Source: Candidatus Coprovivens sp.
GTDB lineage: Bacteria > Bacillota_I > Bacilli_A > RF39 > UBA660
DNA length: 10,609 nt
Reading direction: 5' to 3'
Assembly (NCBI GenBank): GCA_051892935.1
Contig: JBJFGS010000034.1
Location: 1-10,609, forward strand
The position numbers and the translations under genes were made by a program. Below are positions 6,875 to 10,609 of this stretch, piece after piece. The notes under the pieces were generated by a model. That model saw only the letters and a list, made by a program, of their open reading frames with translations. It did no database searches and was not told where the DNA came from. How positions within the stretch are numbered: position 1 is the stretch's first letter; each line of letters starts with the position of its first letter.

Positions 6875-8279
6875 AAATTGCTTCACCATCTAAACTAAAG
6901 CTTTTTGCATCTGTTATTTTTACATCTATTATTTGCCCTATTTTATCTTGAGCGTTTTCAACATTTACTAATTTCATTGTATCTGTATAACCAAATACTT
7001 TATTAGAATCTTTTTCACTTATACCTTCGATTAAGACAGGAACTACTTTATTTAGATATTTTTGATTAGCTGTATTACTATATGTATTAATTAATTCATT
7101 TAGTTGATGTAATCTTTCTTCTTTTGTTTTTATATCAATAGAATCTTCCATCTTAGCAGCTGGAGTTCCTTCACGAGGGCTATAAATAAAGGTAAATGCA
7201 CTATCATATTTACAATGATTTACCACTTCTAAAGTTTCTTTAAAATCACTATCTGTTTCGTTTGGGAAACCTACTATTATATCAGTTGTTATAGAACAGT
7301 TTGGAATAGTATTTTTTATTTTATCATATAAATTTATATATTCTTCTTTTGTGTATCTTCTACCCATTAATTTTAGAATTCTTGTTGAACCTGATTGTAA
7401 AGGTAAATGAATGTAAGGCATTATGTTATCTCTTTCAGCTATAGCATTAATCATTTCATCTGTAAAATCCCAAGGATGAGAAGTTACAAAACGTATTCTT
7501 TCAATACCAATATCACTTACTTTTCTTAGTAATTCTGCAAATGATATTTCATCTTCATATTCTTTTCCATATGCATTAACATTTTGACCTAATAAAGTTA
7601 TTTCTTTATAGCCTTGGTCTTTTAAATTTTGTACTTCTTTTAAGATTTCACAACTTCTTCTACTACGTTGTTTTCCTCTAGTATAAGGAACTATGCAGTA
7701 TGTACAAAATTTATCACAACCATATTGAATGTTTACCCATGCTTTGATAGACGAATCTCTCTTGTAAGATACATTTTCATAGACATTTCCTTCACAAGAA
7801 TATACTTGAATATTTTGTTTTTGATTTCTTTCTAGTATTAATTGTTGTAATTCATGAATATTATGAGTTCCAAAAACAATATCAACATATTTATGTTTAT
7901 TCATTAATTCTTCAACAACATTTTCTTCTTGAGCCATGCAGCCACAAATACCTATTATAAGATTTGGATTATGTTTTTCTTTTTCGTGTTTGCAACGGCC
8001 TAAGAAACCATATAATTTATCATGAGCATTTTCTCTAATTGCACATGTATTTAGTATTACAATATCTGCTTTTTCTAGTTCTTCTGTAGAAGTAAATCCT
8101 AATGATTCTAGGCGTGCAGCTATTTCTTCACTATCGTGAACATTCATTTGACATCCATACGTTCTTAAAAAGTATTTTTGACCTTTAAAAGTATTTTGAT
8201 CATATTCTTGTTCTAGATGTATATGTTCTATTTCATTCTTTGTTCTTTTACGCGCTTCATTTATATTTGGTAATTTCAT
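6873..8279 (-). CDS. miaB: tRNA-2-methylthio-N6-dimethylallyladenosine synthase MiaB (radical SAM methylthiotransferase)
   Basis: UPF0004 domain (TYGCQMNVHDSE, NTCAIRENA, CGCMAQ), radical SAM CDKFCTYC (CxxxCxxC), LLGQNVNAYG, TSHPWD, HLPLQSGS, TDIIVGFP, and a C-terminal TRAM domain. ATG at 8279 is preferred to GTG at 8288 because GGAAGTGA serves as its RBS. Confidence 0.96.
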   Translation of the reverse strand: MKLPNINEARKRTKNEIEHIHLEQEYDQNTFKGQKYFLRTYGCQMNVHDSEEIAARLESLGFTSTEELEKADIVILNTCAIRENAHDKLYGFLGRCKHEKEKHNPNLIIGICGCMAQEENVVEELMNKHKYVDIVFGTHNIHELQQLILERNQKQNIQVYSCEGNVYENVSYKRDSSIKAWVNIQYGCDKFCTYCIVPYTRGKQRSRRSCEILKEVQNLKDQGYKEITLLGQNVNAYGKEYEDEISFAELLRKVSDIGIERIRFVTSHPWDFTDEMINAIAERDNIMPYIHLPLQSGSTRILKLMGRRYTKEEYINLYDKIKNTIPNCSITTDIIVGFPNETDSDFKETLEVVNHCKYDSAFTFIYSPREGTPAAKMEDSIDIKTKEERLHQLNELINTYSNTANQKYLNKVVPVLIEGISEKDSNKVFGYTDTMKLVNVENAQDKIGQIIDVKITDAKSFSLDGEAI

Positions 8280-8300
8280 AATAATCACTTCCGTCTTTAA

Positions 8301-8328
8301 ATTATACCAAATAAAGAGGAATAATCAA
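8301..8328 (-). promoter_or_regulatory. sigmaA-type promoter of miaB
   Basis: TTGATT (8328-8323), 16-bp spacer, extended -10 TGGTATAAT (8309-8301). Confidence 0.65.
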
Positions 8329-8352
8329 AGTTATTATTTGTATTAAGCAATT

Positions 8353-8374
8353 AAAAAAGGCTTAGTAGCCTTTT
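8353..8374 (-). terminator. Intrinsic terminator overlapping the end of the deaminase gene
   Basis: AAAAGGCT-ACTA-AGCCTTTTTT on the minus strand; the stop codon lies at the loop. Confidence 0.65.
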
Positions 8375-8865
8375 ACTCCTTCAAGTGATTCATCGTTATC
8401 AATAAATTCTTGAACATCAATATGACGATATTCATCTTTATTGTCTCTAATATATAAGTCTTTAATACCGGCGTTGATAATCATTCTTTTACATAACGCA
8501 CAAGGATTAGAGTTTTCGACATAAGAACCATCTTCATATGATTTTCCTACAAGGAATAATGTGGCTCCAATCATTTTGTTTCTTTCGGCACTTATAATAG
8601 CATTTTGTTCTGCATGAACACTACGACATAGTTCATATCTTTCTCCACGAGGAACATTTAATTCTTGTCTAACACAGTATTTTAAATCACAGCAATTTTT
8701 ACGTCCTCTTGGTGCTCCTACATATCCTGTTGATATTATTTCATCATTTTTTACAATAATAGCGCCAAAATTTCTTCTTATGCATGTTCCTCTTTCAATA
8801 ACTGTTTCAGCTATGTCTAAGTAATAATTTATTTTGTCTCTTCTTGAATTTTCTTTCTTTTTCAT
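8362..8865 (-). CDS. dCMP deaminase family protein (ComEB-like; 167 aa)
   Basis: HAEQNA and PCALC zinc/catalytic motifs, TCIRRNFGAIIV, STGYVGAPRG, extra Cys cluster CCDLKYC; AGGTGAGG RBS. Confidence 0.92.
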   Translation of the reverse strand: MKKKENSRRDKINYYLDIAETVIERGTCIRRNFGAIIVKNDEIISTGYVGAPRGRKNCCDLKYCVRQELNVPRGERYELCRSVHAEQNAIISAERNKMIGATLFLVGKSYEDGSYVENSNPCALCKRMIINAGIKDLYIRDNKDEYRHIDVQEFIDNDESLEGVKGY

Positions 8866-8885
8866 ATTCTACCTCACCTATTTTT

Positions 8886-8914
8886 ATTATAGCAATAATA
8901 TTTTGTTAACAAAA
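8886..8914 (-). promoter_or_regulatory. Extended -10 promoter of the deaminase gene with a 14-bp palindrome reaching into the -35 region
   Basis: TGCTATAAT (8894-8886); TTTTGTTAACAAAA perfect palindrome at 8901-8914. Confidence 0.55.
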
Positions 8915-8936
8915 GTGTTTTTATTCATTTACATAT

Positions 8937-8959
8937 AAAAAGAGCGTTTGCGCTCTTTT
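8937..8959 (-). terminator. Intrinsic terminator after the acidic repeat protein gene
   Basis: AAAAGAGCG-CAAA-CGCTCTTTTT on the minus strand, 2 nt after the stop codon. Confidence 0.85.
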
Positions 8960-8961
8960 AA

Positions 8962-10609
8962 TTAATCTATAGGTTCTCCACAACTAGGGCAAATAGTTGG
9001 ATTGTCAGTAAGCATTATTCCACAATTATCACAGAATTTTGTAGGAGTAGCTTCGGCAATTAGAACTTTTGTCATATCATCATTAGTTTCTACTCTAGTT
9101 GGTACTGTTACGTTGATAGGAGTTGAATTGTCTATTACTGATTCAACTTTTGGAAATTCTGGAATTACTTGTTCTACATTTTCTTGTTGTTCTGTTGGTT
9201 CTTGCTCGTTTGAAATTGATAAGTTTATATCATTGCTTTCATTAGTTTCTTCTTTTTCTTCATCAATTGGAATAGTTGGTTCTTCATTATTTCCATAAAT
9301 TGCCGCTACATCGGTAGTTTCTTCACTCGTTAATTCAATTGGATTTTCACTTTCTTCTGTTTGGTCTTGATTTTCTACTACCGGAGATTCTGGGGTTGGT
9401 TCTTCCACTGATGTTACTTCTTGCTCAGAATCATCAACATTATTTTCAGGTATTGTTTGTTCTATTTCTTCTGAATTTTCATTTACTTCTTCTGAAGATT
9501 CTTTTGTTTCTTCAGTTGATTCAGTAATATTTATTTCATTTTGTTCTTCTTCAATTATAGGATTTACTTCTTCTGATGTTTCTGCTTCTGCACTATTAGT
9601 TTCTTCTTCTAAATTAAGTTCAACTTTTTCTTCTTCAATTAAAGGTTTGTTTTCTTCAGTAGGTGTTTCTGTTTCTTCAGTTGCTTCTGGAAGAATTATT
9701 GGTATTTCTTCTTCAATAATTGGTCTTATTTCTTCTTTTTCTTCTGTTATCACAGGTTGATTTTCTTCGATTATCGGAGTTTCAACTGGAGGTTCTTCAA
9801 CAATTGTTATTTCTTGATTAGAACCATCTTCTTCTATTATAGGAGTTGTTGGTTCTTCTGTTTGTTCTGTTATTTGGATATCATTTGGTGAATTATCTTC
9901 AATTGGAGGAATTGCATCAATAGTTGTTTCTTCTATAGTTGGTTGTTCTTCTACCACAGGAGTTTCTTCTACTATGGTTTGTTCAACTACAGGTTCTTCT
10001 GTTATAGCAGTAACTTCCTCTACTGGAGGTTGCTCTACAACTGGTTGTTCTGCTACGATAGGTGTTTCTTCTACTATAGGTTGTTCAACTACAGGTTCTT
10101 CTGTTACAGTAGTAACTTCCTCTACTGTAGGTTGTTCAACTACTGGTTGTTCTTCTACGATAGGTGTTTTTTCAATATTTGTTGCATCTTCAATTAAAGC
10201 ATTATCTATTATATTTGAACTAGTTAAGTTATCATTTAATTCTATTAATGGTTCAGTTTCTTCTATATTATCAGAAGATTCTAAAACTATAGTGTTATCG
10301 AGTTGACTATCTATTATTTCTTGAGGAATAAAGTCCTCACTTGATTGTATTATATCTTGAATAGCTACAGGAGTTTCTTCTACTATGGTTTGTTCTATTA
10401 CTGGTTGTTCTGTTACGATAGGAGTTTCTTCTACTATAGGTTGTTCTATTACTGGTTGTTCTGTTACGATAGGTGCTTCTTCTATTATAGTTTGTTCAAC
10501 TATTGGTTGTTCTGCTACGATAGGAGTTTCTTCTACTATAGGTTGTTCTATTACTGGTTGTTCTGCTACGATAGGAGTTTCTTCTACTATAGGTTGTTCT
10601 ATTACTGGT
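8962..10609 (-). CDS. Large acidic, Pro/Glu-rich low-complexity protein with C-terminal zinc ribbon; 5'-truncated by the window (at least 548 aa)
   Basis: Manual translation finds no stop and no ATG in frame from 9958 to 10608, so the GTG at 9957 is internal to a repeat unit. The C-terminus FCDNCGIMLTDNPTICPSCGEPID is a CxxC-x10-CxxC zinc ribbon. Confidence 0.88.
   Translation of the reverse strand, partial: PVIEQPIVEETPIVAEQPVIEQPIVEETPIVAEQPIVEQTIIEEAPIVTEQPVIEQPIVEETPIVTEQPVIEQTIVEETPVAIQDIIQSSEDFIPQEIIDSQLDNTIVLESSDNIEETEPLIELNDNLTSSNIIDNALIEDATNIEKTPIVEEQPVVEQPTVEEVTTVTEEPVVEQPIVEETPIVAEQPVVEQPPVEEVTAITEEPVVEQTIVEETPVVEEQPTIEETTIDAIPPIEDNSPNDIQITEQTEEPTTPIIEEDGSNQEITIVEEPPVETPIIEENQPVITEEKEEIRPIIEEEIPIILPEATEETETPTEENKPLIEEEKVELNLEEETNSAEAETSEEVNPIIEEEQNEINITESTEETKESSEEVNENSEEIEQTIPENNVDDSEQEVTSVEEPTPESPVVENQDQTEESENPIELTSEETTDVAAIYGNNEEPTIPIDEEKEETNESNDINLSISNEQEPTEQQENVEQVIPEFPKVESVIDNSTPINVTVPTRVETNDDMTKVLIAEATPTKFCDNCGIMLTDNPTICPSCGEPID
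9925..10164 (-). repeat. Coding tandem repeat array, 51-bp (17-aa) units alternating A/B
   Basis: PVVEQPTVEEVTTVTEE / PVVEQPIVEETPIVAEQ / PVVEQPPVEEVTAITEE / PVVEQTIVEETPVVEEQ starting at 10146, 10095, 10044 and 9993, plus partial flanking units. Confidence 0.9.
10369..10609 (-). repeat. Coding tandem repeat array, 51-bp (17-aa) units PVIEQPIVEETPIVAEQ; continues off the window
   Basis: Units start at 10608, 10557, 10506, 10455 and 10404 (partial). 10507-10557 and 10558-10608 are identical at the DNA level. Confidence 0.92.

Noticed and set aside
8362-8865. Anti-phage dCTP deaminase or a competence comE operon
   Set aside because: Single-domain 167-aa protein without a kinase-like domain, and no comEA or comEC alongside; ordinary dCMP deaminase fits best.
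9955-9957. GTG start given by the ORF track for the acidic protein
   Set aside because: It is a Val codon inside a repeat unit, has no RBS, and the frame is open for a further 217 codons upstream.
9002-10306. Plus-strand ORFs 9002..9298, 9339..9527, 9943..10197 and 9974..10306 (Ser/Cys/Thr- or Phe/Tyr-rich)
   Set aside because: Antisense readings of the Glu/Gln/Pro-rich gene. The Cys-Ser-Thr-Thr-Gly repeats look like a RiPP precursor but come from reverse-complemented CAA/GAA codons, and no modifying enzymes are nearby.
9925-10609. Possible CRISPR array
   Set aside because: Units are contiguous, a multiple of three and in frame, with no unique spacers and no cas genes.
1-10609. Mycoplasma-type genetic code (TGA = Trp)
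   Set aside because: Trp is encoded by TGG in the conserved genes, and TGA ends the MFS, 41-aa and 115-aa genes at sensible junctions.

Overview
Very AT-rich chromosomal window from a low-GC Bacillota organism. It uses translation table 11 (TGA is a stop), carries a T-box riboswitch, sigmaA-type promoters and a GH25 muramidase, and is very compact; an RF39-like Bacilli lineage is a guess. Left to right: (1) the 5' part of a minus-strand T-box leader with an Ile (AUC) specifier, whose consensus promoter lies inside the tail of the upstream gene; (2) a tightly coupled minus-strand operon of four uncharacterised membrane or surface genes: an MFS-fold protein, a 41-aa single-TM protein missing from the ORF track, a 115-aa pseudo-symmetric 4-TM protein with buried Glu/Asn, and a membrane-anchored protein with about five SH3b-like repeats; (3) a divergent phosphomannomutase/phosphoglucomutase; (4) a DUF3592-like membrane protein overlapping a membrane-anchored GH25 muramidase; (5) miaB; (6) a dCMP deaminase-family gene; (7) a large acidic, Pro-rich protein with 51-bp tandem repeats and a C-terminal zinc ribbon, whose frame stays open to the window edge. 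No mobile element, CRISPR array, tRNA or rRNA was seen. The four-gene operon is the best candidate for an undescribed system. All family calls come from motif recognition, not database searches.
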